A DNA stretch of 64,000 nt from NCBI GenBank assembly GCA_965213705.1, contig OZ243913.1:2656001-2720000 (forward strand), in the 5' to 3' direction. The notes under the pieces were generated by a model. That model did no database searches and was not told the DNA's origin. It worked only from the letters and a program-made list of their open reading frames with translations. Position numbers and translations under genes: made by a program. This document shows, in pieces, positions 21,429 through 32,099 of the stretch. Numbering within the stretch: the first letter of the stretch is position 1; each line of letters begins with the position of its first letter. This stretch comes from Trueperaceae bacterium (lineage in GTDB: Bacteria > Deinococcota > Deinococci > Deinococcales > Trueperaceae).

Positions 21429-22613
21429 CTAGCGCGGTGTCAGGGCTTTGGTGACCATAGCCGTGGGCATCAGGTCGAAGCCGTAGCCGAGGAGGTAGGC
21501 CTCGAGCGTCGTCGAGTCGCCGCCTGAGAAGTCAATCGTGACGTTCTCGCCGGGTGTGCCGTTGGCGTTTTCGTCGTCGAGCACGCCTGCGAAAGTCGCA
21601 GCGTCGTCGCCGTCAACCGTGACGGTGCCGTCGCTCAGCCGGGCCGAAGCGACGCCCTGGAAACTGCCCGCCATAAAGTCGTTGACGCTCAGGTTGAAGT
21701 CGGCAAAGACCACTTCGCTGAAGTTCGTGTCCACGCGGAAGCTGTGGCTGTCGTCGGTCATGGTCGAGGCCGCGCCGAAGCTCAAACTCCCGCTGTCGAC
21801 TTCAAAGCTGTCGGTAAAGCAGGCGTCCCGGGTCAGGGTGCCGCTGACGTTCAGGGTGAGGTCCGCGCTCAACTCGGTTCCGGCTTTGAGCGCGCCCTGC
21901 ACCTGCAGCGAGGTGTCGCCGAGGCTGTAGCCGACGTCGCTGAACGTCACCGAGCCGACAGCGCCGCTCAGGCTCACGCGGGTCGGCTCCAGGATGCCGT
22001 CGGCGCTGCCGCAGTCCGGCGTGTTGTACCAACTGAACGCCCCGTTGAGACTGGCAACTTCTACACCGTCCGCCGTAAAGGTGGCGGTCATGTCGGTGGG
22101 AACTTCGTACAAGTCGCCCCCCCGGTCGGCCACGTCCAGGGTGTCGCCCCAGTCGACTTTGAGTTCGGCCGTGGCGCTGCCGTTTTCGGTCTGGTAAGGA
22201 TAGCGCAGCACGAGGTTGTCGGTGTCGGCCGCGTAGGTGCAGGTGCCGGTCGCGGGGTCGTAGGTGTAGGTGCCTCGAGCCAGGGTGTAACCGGCCGGGG
22301 TGTAGTCGGCCGGGGTGTAGTCGGCCGAGGTCGCCAAACCTTGCGGGTCCAAGCCGCTCTTGAAGGTGATAAACCTGAAAATATCTTCGACGACGGGACA
22401 GCCCTCAAGGTTGAGGGGCACTTGTAAGGCCGCCGCGACGGCGCCGAACACCGCGGGGTCGTCGAAACTTCCCCAGTCGTCGCCCAGACCGTTCATGACC
22501 GCGGCGAGGTCGGTTTCCGTGTAGGTCTTGCCGGTCGGCACGGGTTCCGGGCGCGCGCAAGCCGCGAGCAGCGCTGCAAGTAAAAAGGGTAGCAAAAAAG
22601 TCAAACGTTTCAT
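21429..22613 (-). CDS. Putative lipoprotein, beta-rich
   Basis: MKRLTFLLPFLLAALLAAC lipobox; SD GGAGG. Confidence 0.8.
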   Translation of the reverse strand: MKRLTFLLPFLLAALLAACARPEPVPTGKTYTETDLAAVMNGLGDDWGSFDDPAVFGAVAAALQVPLNLEGCPVVEDIFRFITFKSGLDPQGLATSADYTPADYTPAGYTLARGTYTYDPATGTCTYAADTDNLVLRYPYQTENGSATAELKVDWGDTLDVADRGGDLYEVPTDMTATFTADGVEVASLNGAFSWYNTPDCGSADGILEPTRVSLSGAVGSVTFSDVGYSLGDTSLQVQGALKAGTELSADLTLNVSGTLTRDACFTDSFEVDSGSLSFGAASTMTDDSHSFRVDTNFSEVVFADFNLSVNDFMAGSFQGVASARLSDGTVTVDGDDAATFAGVLDDENANGTPGENVTIDFSGGDSTTLEAYLLGYGFDLMPTAMVTKALTPR

Positions 22614-22718
22614 CGAATCCTCCGTGTGTAGCCGAACGTAACTGTATGTAACCGAACGCGTGTGACTGGGGCATGAAAACGAGGTGTGAGAACGAGCAAG
22701 TTCGGGGCGACCGCCTTG

Positions 22719-23141
22719 TTACTGCTTTTCCAAGTCCAGCGTGCCGTTGATGGTGCCGACACAACCGACACCCGTGTAGCTGCCGCTGAGTTTAGCACTC
22801 GTTGCGGGGTCGACGCGCGTCACGCTCGCCTGGTAAGGACAGTAGTCCGGGTCGTCGGGCGTAAGCCGCAACCGCAACGTTTCACCCTCCAAGCGGCCGG
22901 TCACGTCGCCCGCCGCCGCGTAACGTGCCAAACCGGCGGTGAAAGTCAGCAGCATCTCGCCCGTCAACGTGTCGCCGTCTTGAACGAGAACCAGTTCTAC
23001 GTCGGCGCGGCCCAGGTTGTCGGCCGCGTCACCCAGGTAGCGGCCCGTCAAGCTTGCCGCGGGCGCGGGCGGCGGGGGTGCCAAGCGCGGTGAGGCGCAG
23101 GCGCTCAGCAGGAGCGTTGTGAAGAGCAGAGCGCGTCTCAT
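22719..23141 (-). CDS. Putative lipoprotein
   Basis: MRRALLFTTLLLSAC lipobox, Pro linker, Cys pair. Confidence 0.75.
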   Translation of the reverse strand: MRRALLFTTLLLSACASPRLAPPPPAPAASLTGRYLGDAADNLGRADVELVLVQDGDTLTGEMLLTFTAGLARYAAAGDVTGRLEGETLRLRLTPDDPDYCPYQASVTRVDPATSAKLSGSYTGVGCVGTINGTLDLEKQ

Positions 23142-23181
23142 AAAAAGGTCCGGCGCTGCTGTTTGCAGCGCCGGAAACAAG

Positions 23182-24108
<927 letters not shown>

Positions 24109-24126
24109 GTGTAGTCTCCTTTCGCC

Positions 24127-25155
24127 TTAGGGAAGGTTGTTGGGGAATTCGGGGTCGAGCAGCACGGCGAACTCGGCTTCCAACCCGGGAGGTACGCTGA
24201 TGCCTTTCGGGAAAAAGCCGCCCGCGGCGTTGGTAACGTCCGGGTTTAGAAAGACGATGTTGGCGACCTGCCGCGGCGTGCGGCTGAAGACAATCGAGTT
24301 TTCGTCGGTCGGGACGATGTTCGCGCCGCCGTGGGCTTGGGTGGACATCCCGTTGAGCGCGGCTTTGGTAATGCCCTGGTCCAAGTCGGTGGGGCCGTCG
24401 AGCGAGTCGCGCGCGTCTGAAATCGCCTCGACGATGTTCCAAATCGGCAGCGGGCCGTACAGGCCGTCGGCAAGGTCGCCGCCGTTTACACGCCCGTCGG
24501 CGGCGTACAGCACGAGTCGGATTTCGCCCGCGTGGTAAGCCTCGACGCCCAAAATGCTCGCCGCCGCTTGAAGAAAGTCCTTGTTTTTGACAAAGCGCGC
24601 CGCGCCCTTGTAGGCCGTGACGCCCACGTCTTCAAAGATGAACGCGCCGTGGAGGAAAAACACTTCCGCTGCGAACGGGTTGAAGTCTTGAGGCGTAAAG
24701 GGCAGCGAAGCGCCGTTGTCGGCAAGCGTGCCGAAGGCGGCCGCCGCGGCGTTCTGAAACGACATGTTCAGGTCCAAAACCGGCCGCTCGGCGGCGTCGG
24801 GTCCGAGCGCGCCGCGCAAAAAGTTGACGTGGGCAAGTTCGTCTTCGGCAATTTCCAGAGCGTAGGCTCGAGCGAAGTCGTTTTCGAACGGCAACTCTTT
24901 GCTGCCGTCAAAGCCGCTCGGCAAAAGCACCTCGGCGGTGCCGCCGGGCAAGCGGTCCAGCTGGCCCACGGCGGCCAGGTAAAAAGCGGCTTCTAAGTAC
25001 TCCAAGTTGAGAGCGAAGTTCAAAATGGCCGGGTCCAAGTCTTGCGGCACGGCCTTCATGCGGGGGGTACAGGCGGCGAGGGTCGCGCCCGCGCCCACCA
25101 TCGCCAGGTTGTTGAGCAATCTACGGCGGTCCATTTTGGTTTCGAAAAGGTTCAT
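24127..25155 (-). CDS. Ferritin-like domain protein, desiccation-related type, Tat lipoprotein
   Basis: DRRRLL..LAAC; same di-iron motifs; tandem paralogue. Confidence 0.9.
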   Translation of the reverse strand: MNLFETKMDRRRLLNNLAMVGAGATLAACTPRMKAVPQDLDPAILNFALNLEYLEAAFYLAAVGQLDRLPGGTAEVLLPSGFDGSKELPFENDFARAYALEIAEDELAHVNFLRGALGPDAAERPVLDLNMSFQNAAAAAFGTLADNGASLPFTPQDFNPFAAEVFFLHGAFIFEDVGVTAYKGAARFVKNKDFLQAAASILGVEAYHAGEIRLVLYAADGRVNGGDLADGLYGPLPIWNIVEAISDARDSLDGPTDLDQGITKAALNGMSTQAHGGANIVPTDENSIVFSRTPRQVANIVFLNPDVTNAAGGFFPKGISVPPGLEAEFAVLLDPEFPNNLP

Positions 25156-25477
25156 CTGTTAGGCCTCCCTGCGCTAACCGGTTGAGTTTTTGCTGTTAGC
25201 ATGTCGGTTTTCATGTCGTCGGGACCTTCCTGGGGTGCTTCTTGACGGGTGTGCTCCTTTACGGCTGCGGCTGAATACCTCCCTCGTCAGCGGTGTGGAA
25301 ACGGGACGGCGACTGCACAGCGTGTACGCTTTTCCTTTCGGCTCGAATAAAAGACAAGGCACAAAACGGTCTCGAGCGGTCAAAGTTAAAAACTTCACAC
25401 CTTGTGACAAGTAGCTACACGCGCCGTGCGAGATTGGATGTGAGCTGTTTAAAGGTAGCCGCCGGCGTGAGCTTGGC

Positions 25478-26935
25478 TCAGGGCGCCAGCGGCAGGGTGA
25501 AGGTGAAGCTCGAGCCCTCCCCCACCACGCTTTCCACCCGAATCGTCTGGCCGTGCAAGGCCAAAATGCGTTTGGCAATCGCCAAACCCAAACCGGTACC
25601 CTCGCCGACCGTATCGACGCGGTAAAAGCGGTCAAACAGGTGAGACAAGGCTTCGGGCGCGACGCCCTCGCCGCTGTCGGTTATCTCGACTTCCAACAGG
25701 CGCGGTTTCGCGCGCAAGTTCACGCGCAGGTTCACGCGCACCGTGCCCCCCGGCGGCGTGTGGCGCAGGGCGTTTTCAATCAGGTTGGTCAACACCCGCT
25801 CGACGAGGCCCAAGTCGGCGCAAACAAACGGCAGCGCGTCGGGTGCCTGCACGCTCAAGCTCAGGTTTTTGTTCGACGCGGCAAGTTCGAACTTTTGCAC
25901 CACGTCTTGGGCTAAGTCCTGGAGCGGGAACGCCTCCGGACGTGCCAACACCGCGTCGGCCTCGAGCCGCGACAAGTCGAACAGGTCGGTGACCAAGCGG
26001 CCCAAACGCTCGGCGTTTTTACGCGCCGCTGCCACGTAAACCCGGCGCTGCTCGTCGGTGAGCGTGGCTTTGCGTTCGACGGTTTCTAAGTAGCCCTGCA
26101 ACGCCGCGAGCGGCGTGCGCAGGTCGTGCGACACGTTGGCGATGAGTTCGCGGCGCAAGCTGTCGGTTTGCCGCAACGCCCCGACCTGTTCAGTGATGCG
26201 CTGCGACATCTCGCTGAACACGTTGTGCAAGGTGTCGATGTCGTCTTTGGGCGAGGGTACGGGCGGCAAGGGCGGCAGGGGCGCGAAGTCGGCTTGCCGA
26301 AAAGCGGTCATCGCCGCTTCTAAAACGCGCAAGCGCCGCGTCAGCAGGGTGAACGCCAGCACGCCCGCGCCGAAGACCAGCAGCAACGTCACCCCGCCGC
26401 TCCACAGCCCGACCCGGAGCACGGTGCTGTTTTGCGCCGCGCGAATCACCGAGTCGCCGGTTTGGTCGGCCAGCAGCACGTACAAGTAACCCATGCGGTC
26501 GGCGAGCGGTGTGACCGAAAAAATCTTGCGGCCGCCCGCGTGGCGCGGGTCGGTGCCGAGGACGGGAGCAGACGCGCCCCGCAAAAACGCCGTCAACGGC
26601 TCCAGAGCGACTTTTTTAAGCTCGAGGTCCGCCATCGGCACCGACGAGCCGATAATCTGCCCGGCTTGCGTCAGGATGTACACCTCGACGCCGGGGTTGG
26701 TCATCGCCAGGGTTTCGGCGAGGCCGTCGAGCTTGGCGGTGTCGACCGTTTCGCCGATCATCAGGTCGGGCGTGTCCGCCAACAAACTCTGCGCCAAACC
26801 CACGTTCAACTGTTGGGTAATTTCTTGGTAGTAGCGCTGCGCGGTCGTGAGGGTCGCGAAAACGAACAGCGCGCCGAGCGGGACGAGCAGGGCGGTCAAC
26901 ACGAGCAGCAAGCGGCCGTGAAGGGTTTTCAGCAT
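25478..26935 (-). CDS. Sensor histidine kinase (HAMP-HisKA-HATPase)
   Basis: Two TM helices, SHDLRTP, NLIENA, DSGEG, GTGLGL. Confidence 0.94.
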   Translation of the reverse strand: MLKTLHGRLLLVLTALLVPLGALFVFATLTTAQRYYQEITQQLNVGLAQSLLADTPDLMIGETVDTAKLDGLAETLAMTNPGVEVYILTQAGQIIGSSVPMADLELKKVALEPLTAFLRGASAPVLGTDPRHAGGRKIFSVTPLADRMGYLYVLLADQTGDSVIRAAQNSTVLRVGLWSGGVTLLLVFGAGVLAFTLLTRRLRVLEAAMTAFRQADFAPLPPLPPVPSPKDDIDTLHNVFSEMSQRITEQVGALRQTDSLRRELIANVSHDLRTPLAALQGYLETVERKATLTDEQRRVYVAAARKNAERLGRLVTDLFDLSRLEADAVLARPEAFPLQDLAQDVVQKFELAASNKNLSLSVQAPDALPFVCADLGLVERVLTNLIENALRHTPPGGTVRVNLRVNLRAKPRLLEVEITDSGEGVAPEALSHLFDRFYRVDTVGEGTGLGLAIAKRILALHGQTIRVESVVGEGSSFTFTLPLAP

Positions 26936-26936
26936 C

Positions 26937-27647
26937 TCATTCGGGCGTCGCGAACTTGTAACCGACGCCCCACACGGTCTGGATGTAACCCGGCTGCGCG
27001 GGGTCCGCTTCGATTTTGGCGCGCAGGCGGTTGATGTGCGAATTCACCGTGTGCTCGAAGCCGTCGTAGCCGTAGCCCCACACCAGGTCGAGCAGTTGCG
27101 CGCGCGTGTAAACCTTGCCGGGGTGCTGCGCGAACTGCACCAGCAGGTCGAACTCTTTGGCCGTCAGGCCGAGCGAGCGCCCGCCCAGGGAGACTTCGCG
27201 TTTTTCCAAACGGATGACAAGCTCGCCGGCACGCAGTTCGGCGGGCGCGTCGGGCGCGGGGGCGCTCGCCAACTGCGCCTTGCGGCGCAGAAGCGCCTTG
27301 ACCCGCGCTTGCAGCTCGCGCAGGCTGAAGGGTTTGACGAGGTAGTCGTCCGCACCCAGTTCCAGACCCAACACCCGGTCGAGTTCGCCGCTTTTCGCCG
27401 TCAGCATGAGGACGAGGGCGTAGGGCTCGCGCTCGCGCACGCTTCGGCACAGCTCGAGCCCGCTCAAAGACGGCAACATCAGGTCTAAAACAATCAAGTC
27501 GTAACGCCCCGACAGCGCCGCCTCCAGCCCGTCCGCGCCGTCGTGAACCACGTCGACTTCGTACCGCTCGTCCCGCAAGGTGAGCGCGACGAGGTGCGCG
27601 ATGTCCCGGTCGTCTTCGACCACGAGAATTTGAGCCGTTGCCGTCAC
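26937..27647 (-). CDS. OmpR-family response regulator
   Basis: VVEDD, LDLML, GADDYLVKPF, IQTVWGVGY. Confidence 0.95.
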   Translation of the reverse strand: MTATAQILVVEDDRDIAHLVALTLRDERYEVDVVHDGADGLEAALSGRYDLIVLDLMLPSLSGLELCRSVREREPYALVLMLTAKSGELDRVLGLELGADDYLVKPFSLRELQARVKALLRRKAQLASAPAPDAPAELRAGELVIRLEKREVSLGGRSLGLTAKEFDLLVQFAQHPGKVYTRAQLLDLVWGYGYDGFEHTVNSHINRLRAKIEADPAQPGYIQTVWGVGYKFATPE

Positions 27648-27761
27648 CGCCTAACAGTATGCCCTCGAGCCTTCACGAAAACGTCGCGGGGGCACAACGA
27701 GAGGAGTTTGCTCACCGAACACCTCCCTGAAAACGGCAAACGAGGACCACCCCATCCCCTT

Positions 27762-28325
27762 TCAGCGGGGCCACCGGTTGGCCCGCTCGTTCTGCTGGGC
27801 CAGCCGCGCCGTCTCCGCGACGCGCTTTTGCCGGGTAGCATCACGTTTCGCGTTGAAAATCCACTCCAAGATGCCGCGCTGAGCCGAGGGCGGGAAGGCC
27901 TGAAAGTTCGCCTCGGCCCGGTCGTACTCGGCAAACGCCCGTTCCAAGTCTTCGGGGACGACGAGGTTTTCCACGTCGTCGAGCGCGTCCCAACTGCCGT
28001 TTTCTTTAGCGACCTCGACCAACTTGCGCCCGGCCCCGGTCAGCAGGCCGGCACGCTCGAGCGCGGCAATCCGGCGTTTGTTCAGGCCCGACCAGTTGCT
28101 CTCAGGACTGCGCGGCGAGAGGTACAGTTTGGTTTTTTCGGCGTCGACCTTGCCCGGCTTCGAGTCTATCCAGCCGAAACAAAGGGCTTCTTCGGCGACG
28201 TCGTCGTAGGACAGGGTGCGCTTGTCGCCCTTGTAAAACACGACCCACACGCCTGCGGCCTGATTATGGTTCTCCGCCAGCCAGGCGCGCAGCGTGGCTC
28301 GGTCTGCCACAAAAACGTCTTTCAT
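27762..28325 (-). CDS. YdeI/OmpD-associated family protein
   Basis: AWLAENH, EEALCFGWIDS, WIFNAKRDATRQKR. Confidence 0.9.
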   Translation of the reverse strand: MKDVFVADRATLRAWLAENHNQAAGVWVVFYKGDKRTLSYDDVAEEALCFGWIDSKPGKVDAEKTKLYLSPRSPESNWSGLNKRRIAALERAGLLTGAGRKLVEVAKENGSWDALDDVENLVVPEDLERAFAEYDRAEANFQAFPPSAQRGILEWIFNAKRDATRQKRVAETARLAQQNERANRWPR

Positions 28326-28415
28326 GTTCCCAGCAGGATACTACAGCTTCGGCGTTCGTTCGCCTCGGCCTCGCCCACACAAGACTTTCTTCGTGTTAGC
28401 TTAACGTCTACTCAC

Positions 28416-29339
28416 ATGACACCACCCGCCCCCGGACACGCCCCCAAACACGTCGTCAGCGTGGGACTGGGCTCGAGCACGCGCGACGCCCACATCGAAA
28501 CCGAACTGCTCGGGAGAAGGGTCGTCATCGAGCGGCGGGGAACGGACGGCGACCTTGCCAAAGCCGCCGCGATGCTGAGAGACTTAGACGGCAAAGTGGA
28601 CGCTTTGGGTTTAGGCGGCGTGGTTTTGTTCGTGCAGGCTGCGGGACGGCGTTACTACATGCGTGAGGCCGTGAACCTCGCCAAAAACGCGCCTCACACG
28701 CCTACCGTTTGTGGGGCGGGACTCAAAAACAGCCTCGAGCGAATTGTCGTGGAACGGCTCGACGATGCGCTCCACTGGCAAAGCAAGCGCGTGTTGATGG
28801 TCTCGGGCGTCGAAAATTTCGGTATGGCCGAAGCGCTAAACGCCCTGGGGGCAAGGGTGACTTACGCCGACCTCGTTTTCTTTTTGGGCGTGCCCGTCCC
28901 GCTGAAAAGCTTGCCGGCCCTGGCTCGAGCGGCTAGAGTGCTCGGCCCCGTCGTCACGCAGTTGCCCATCAGCTGGCTCTACCCCACGGGCAGCAAGCAG
29001 GAGACGAACCAGAGCGGTTGGCGCGGTCGGTATTTCGAGGACGCCGACGTGATAGCGGGCGACTTTCACCTCATACGCCATTATCTCCCCGGGAGCTTGA
29101 CCGGGAAAATCATCCTGACACAGACGACGACGCCCGCGGATGTCGAGTTGCTCCGCCGGCGCGGCGTCGAAACCCTCATCACCACCACGCCCAGGTTTGA
29201 AGGCCGCAGCTTGTCGACCAACATGCTCGAGGCCGCCTTTGTCGCGCTGTCCGGCAAGTACCCGCTGTCGGACGCGGACTACCGCGAACTCATCGAGAAG
29301 AGCGGGATTGTACCGGACGTGCTCGAGCTGAACCCTTAA
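28416..29339 (+). CDS. Conserved protein of the family often labelled quinate 5-dehydrogenase-like; function unverified
   Basis: VVSVGLGSSTRD, GTDGD, LDGKVDALGLGG, TTTPRFEGRS..TN. Confidence 0.75.
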   Translation: MTPPAPGHAPKHVVSVGLGSSTRDAHIETELLGRRVVIERRGTDGDLAKAAAMLRDLDGKVDALGLGGVVLFVQAAGRRYYMREAVNLAKNAPHTPTVCGAGLKNSLERIVVERLDDALHWQSKRVLMVSGVENFGMAEALNALGARVTYADLVFFLGVPVPLKSLPALARAARVLGPVVTQLPISWLYPTGSKQETNQSGWRGRYFEDADVIAGDFHLIRHYLPGSLTGKIILTQTTTPADVELLRRRGVETLITTTPRFEGRSLSTNMLEAAFVALSGKYPLSDADYRELIEKSGIVPDVLELNP

Positions 29340-30025
29340 GCCTCGCTCAAGTCGGCACCACCTGCCGAATCGCCGAACGACAAAAGAAGCGGCCCTGTTT
29401 TCGCCATCACCCTAACCTTTACCGGCAAATGGTCGGCCGCTTCGTCCTCGGTCGGAAACCAAGTGCGCCCGCGTTGCACGACGATGAAAAGGCCGTGTTC
29501 GTCACCTACCGGAGCAAACGCCGGGTTGCCCGACCAGCGGTAGGGCGTCGCGCCGGTCAGCGCGCGCAGGTGAGCGACCTGGGACGCTACGTCTTCGGCG
29601 GCAATGCCGATTTCACTGATATTCAGCAAACTTTGCCCACCGAACGGCACGTCGCTCGTCGCGCCCAAGGTGTGACGGGCGACCAACTCCACGACGTTGC
29701 CCGCAGCGTCGTGAAAATACAGCATGTGCGCGTCCCAGCTTTCCGAGTAAAATTCGTCGCTGCCGTCTTTGTCCTTCATGAGAGGCACGCGCTGCCTCAG
29801 CCACACTTTTGCGTCCTCAAACCGGTTTTCAGGGATGTCGAAGGCGAAATGGTAGCCGCCGGGCAGGGTGGCGGGCGTGTGTGTAAAAGTCAGGCGTGAC
29901 CGGCCGACTTGAAAACTCAACCGTTTCAAGGACGCCGTCAGGGGCGGCACACCAAAAAGCTGCGTATAAAAATCGCGCTGTTGCGGAAGGACGGAAGTCG
30001 CCAGTTCAAGCTCGAGGATGTCCAC
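29336..30025 (-). CDS. VOC/glyoxalase-family protein
   Basis: YHFAFDIP, YFHDAAGNVVELVAR, ISEIGI, GDEHGLFI. Confidence 0.85.
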   Translation of the reverse strand: MDILELELATSVLPQQRDFYTQLFGVPPLTASLKRLSFQVGRSRLTFTHTPATLPGGYHFAFDIPENRFEDAKVWLRQRVPLMKDKDGSDEFYSESWDAHMLYFHDAAGNVVELVARHTLGATSDVPFGGQSLLNISEIGIAAEDVASQVAHLRALTGATPYRWSGNPAFAPVGDEHGLFIVVQRGRTWFPTEDEAADHLPVKVRVMAKTGPLLLSFGDSAGGADLSEA

Positions 30026-30031
30026 AAAATT

Positions 30032-30790
30032 TCAGACGGCGATGTTGGGCAGTGGCTTCACCGGCTCGAGCACCTCGTCGCGTACAACCCGGCCGTCTTG
30101 CAGCACCACTTGCCGCTCGGCCAGCGCGGCGATGTGGGGGTCGTGCGTGACCATGACGACCGACATGCCCTCTTCGTGGAGGCCGGTGAGAATGTCGAGA
30201 ACCGCGTTGCCAGCCTCGGTGTTGAGGTTGCCGGTGGGCTCGTCGGCGAGCAGCAGCGTCGGGGTGTTTACGAGGGCGCGGGCGATGGCGACGCGCTGCT
30301 GCTGCCCGCCCGAGAGTTGGCTCGGCATGTGTTTGACGCGGTCGCTCAAGCCCACTTTGTCGAGCATCGCCCGAGCACGTTCCCGCCGCTCCCGGTTGCT
30401 CACTTTGGCATAAACGAGTGGCTGTTCGACGTTCTCGAGCGCGCTCAGGTCGGACAGCAAGTTATACGCCTGAAATACGAAGCCGAAGTGCCGGTTGCGT
30501 ATTCGCGACAGTTCCTTGTCGGGCAAGCGGGTGATGTCGTGGCCTTCCAACTCATACGTTCCCGAGGTCGGCGTGTCGAGACAGCCCAAAAGGTGCAGCA
30601 GGGTCGACTTGCCCGAACCCGACTGCCCCACCACGCCGACGAACTCACCGCGCCGCAGCGTAAAACTGACGCCGTCCAGCGCGGGCACGTCCACCGCGCC
30701 CATGTTGTAGACCTTGTAGATGTCGCTGAGGTTCAGCATTGTCTTAGCAGCCACTGGTTTTTCACCTAAAGTTTCACCAGCTTCCATCAC
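30032..30790 (-). CDS. ABC transporter ATP-binding protein (MacB/LolD type)
   Basis: GQSGSGKS, LSGGQQQR, LLADEPTGNL. Confidence 0.95.
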   Translation of the reverse strand: MMEAGETLGEKPVAAKTMLNLSDIYKVYNMGAVDVPALDGVSFTLRRGEFVGVVGQSGSGKSTLLHLLGCLDTPTSGTYELEGHDITRLPDKELSRIRNRHFGFVFQAYNLLSDLSALENVEQPLVYAKVSNRERRERARAMLDKVGLSDRVKHMPSQLSGGQQQRVAIARALVNTPTLLLADEPTGNLNTEAGNAVLDILTGLHEEGMSVVMVTHDPHIAALAERQVVLQDGRVVRDEVLEPVKPLPNIAV

Positions 30791-32097
30791 TTGACCTCCC
30801 CTGCTGGAACGAGTTCGATATTCGGCTTGTCTTTGAACGCTTCGTAGGAACTGCTCACGATTTTGTCGCCCACGGCAAGACCTTCCCTGACCTCGACCCG
30901 GTTGCCGTCGACGAGCCCGAACACGACGTTGGTGCGGGTGGCACTGTCACCGTTCACGTCGCCATCCACCAGGTAAACGAACCGCTCGCCGCCCGTGCTG
31001 AGGTAGGCGTCGCGGGGTAAAAACAGGGCGTCCTCCTTGCGCGCCGCCTCGACGTCCACGTCTGCACCGGCACCGATGCGGATTTGCTCGGGCGGCTGGT
31101 CGAACCCCAGGGTGACCGCGACGACGGGGCCGTTCTGCGAACTTTCGGCGTTGGGCGAGACCTGGACGACGCTGCCCCCATAGTCCTGGTTCGCCACGCG
31201 CAGCTTGGCGCTCTGTCCGACGCTCACGCGGCCCGCTTGCGCTTCGGGTAAACGGGCGACCACGCGCACGTCCTGGCTGCTGGCGACGGTGGCGAGCAGC
31301 GTTTGGGCGCTCACCGCTTCGCCCACGGCCGCGGCAAGGTTCATCACGCGGCCCGCGACGGGGGCTTTCAGCTCGAGCCCCGTCTGCTTTTCCTGCAGGG
31401 TCGTTAGGGCGGCCTGGGCCTGCTCGAGCTTCAGACGCGCTTCTTGAACGCTCAAGTCGCTCGCCTTGACCCCGTTTTGCCGGGCGAAGGTCGCGCCGTC
31501 TAAGTCTTCTTGCGCCGAACGCACCTTTTGGGTGGCGGCGTCGAGGTCTTTCCGTGAGGCCGCGCCCGCCTCGAAAAGCCGCTGCGTGGTGGCTTGCTCG
31601 GTTTGGGCGGTCGCTAACGCAGCCGTGGCCCGGTCTACCGCCAGCACCGTCTCGCGTGCGGCCGCGCCGTCGCTGAGCGCCAGTTTGTCCAGGACCAACT
31701 GCGCGCTGCGCACGTCGGCCTCGGCGTCGGCCACGTCCTGGCCCAGACTCTTCGACGCCACGCTGCCGAGCAGCGCGCCTTGCGCCACTTCGTCGCCCTC
31801 GGCGACCAACCATCCGGCAAGCGTACCCTCGACGGGCGACAGGACGGAGCGCTCGAGCTTGGGCACCACCGTCCCCGTACCCCGCACCCAATCTTGCAGC
31901 GTGCCCGTTTGCACGACGGCGGTCGTGTAGCTGCGCAAGGTGTAGGTGTCGGCGCGGGGGCGCAGCAGCAAAAAGGGCACGGTGAGCAGCGCCGCCAGGG
32001 TCAGAGCCACAAACAGCCACAATGTCCAATTGCTACGGCGTTTCTCACCCTTGGGCCGGGCGCGGGTTTGGACGATGGGTTCGTGGCGGTCGGTCAT
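30787..32097 (-). CDS. Efflux periplasmic adaptor (MFP)
   Basis: N-terminal TM, lipoyl half-motifs (VAEGDEV, APVAGRV), coiled hairpin. Confidence 0.9.
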   Translation of the reverse strand: MTDRHEPIVQTRARPKGEKRRSNWTLWLFVALTLAALLTVPFLLLRPRADTYTLRSYTTAVVQTGTLQDWVRGTGTVVPKLERSVLSPVEGTLAGWLVAEGDEVAQGALLGSVASKSLGQDVADAEADVRSAQLVLDKLALSDGAAARETVLAVDRATAALATAQTEQATTQRLFEAGAASRKDLDAATQKVRSAQEDLDGATFARQNGVKASDLSVQEARLKLEQAQAALTTLQEKQTGLELKAPVAGRVMNLAAAVGEAVSAQTLLATVASSQDVRVVARLPEAQAGRVSVGQSAKLRVANQDYGGSVVQVSPNAESSQNGPVVAVTLGFDQPPEQIRIGAGADVDVEAARKEDALFLPRDAYLSTGGERFVYLVDGDVNGDSATRTNVVFGLVDGNRVEVREGLAVGDKIVSSSYEAFKDKPNIELVPAGEVK

Positions 32098-32099
32098 GC

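Noticed and set aside
27543..28415. N-terminal half of the 598-aa ORF
   Set aside because: Antisense shadow of the YdeI gene; recognisable similarity starts at ATG 28416.
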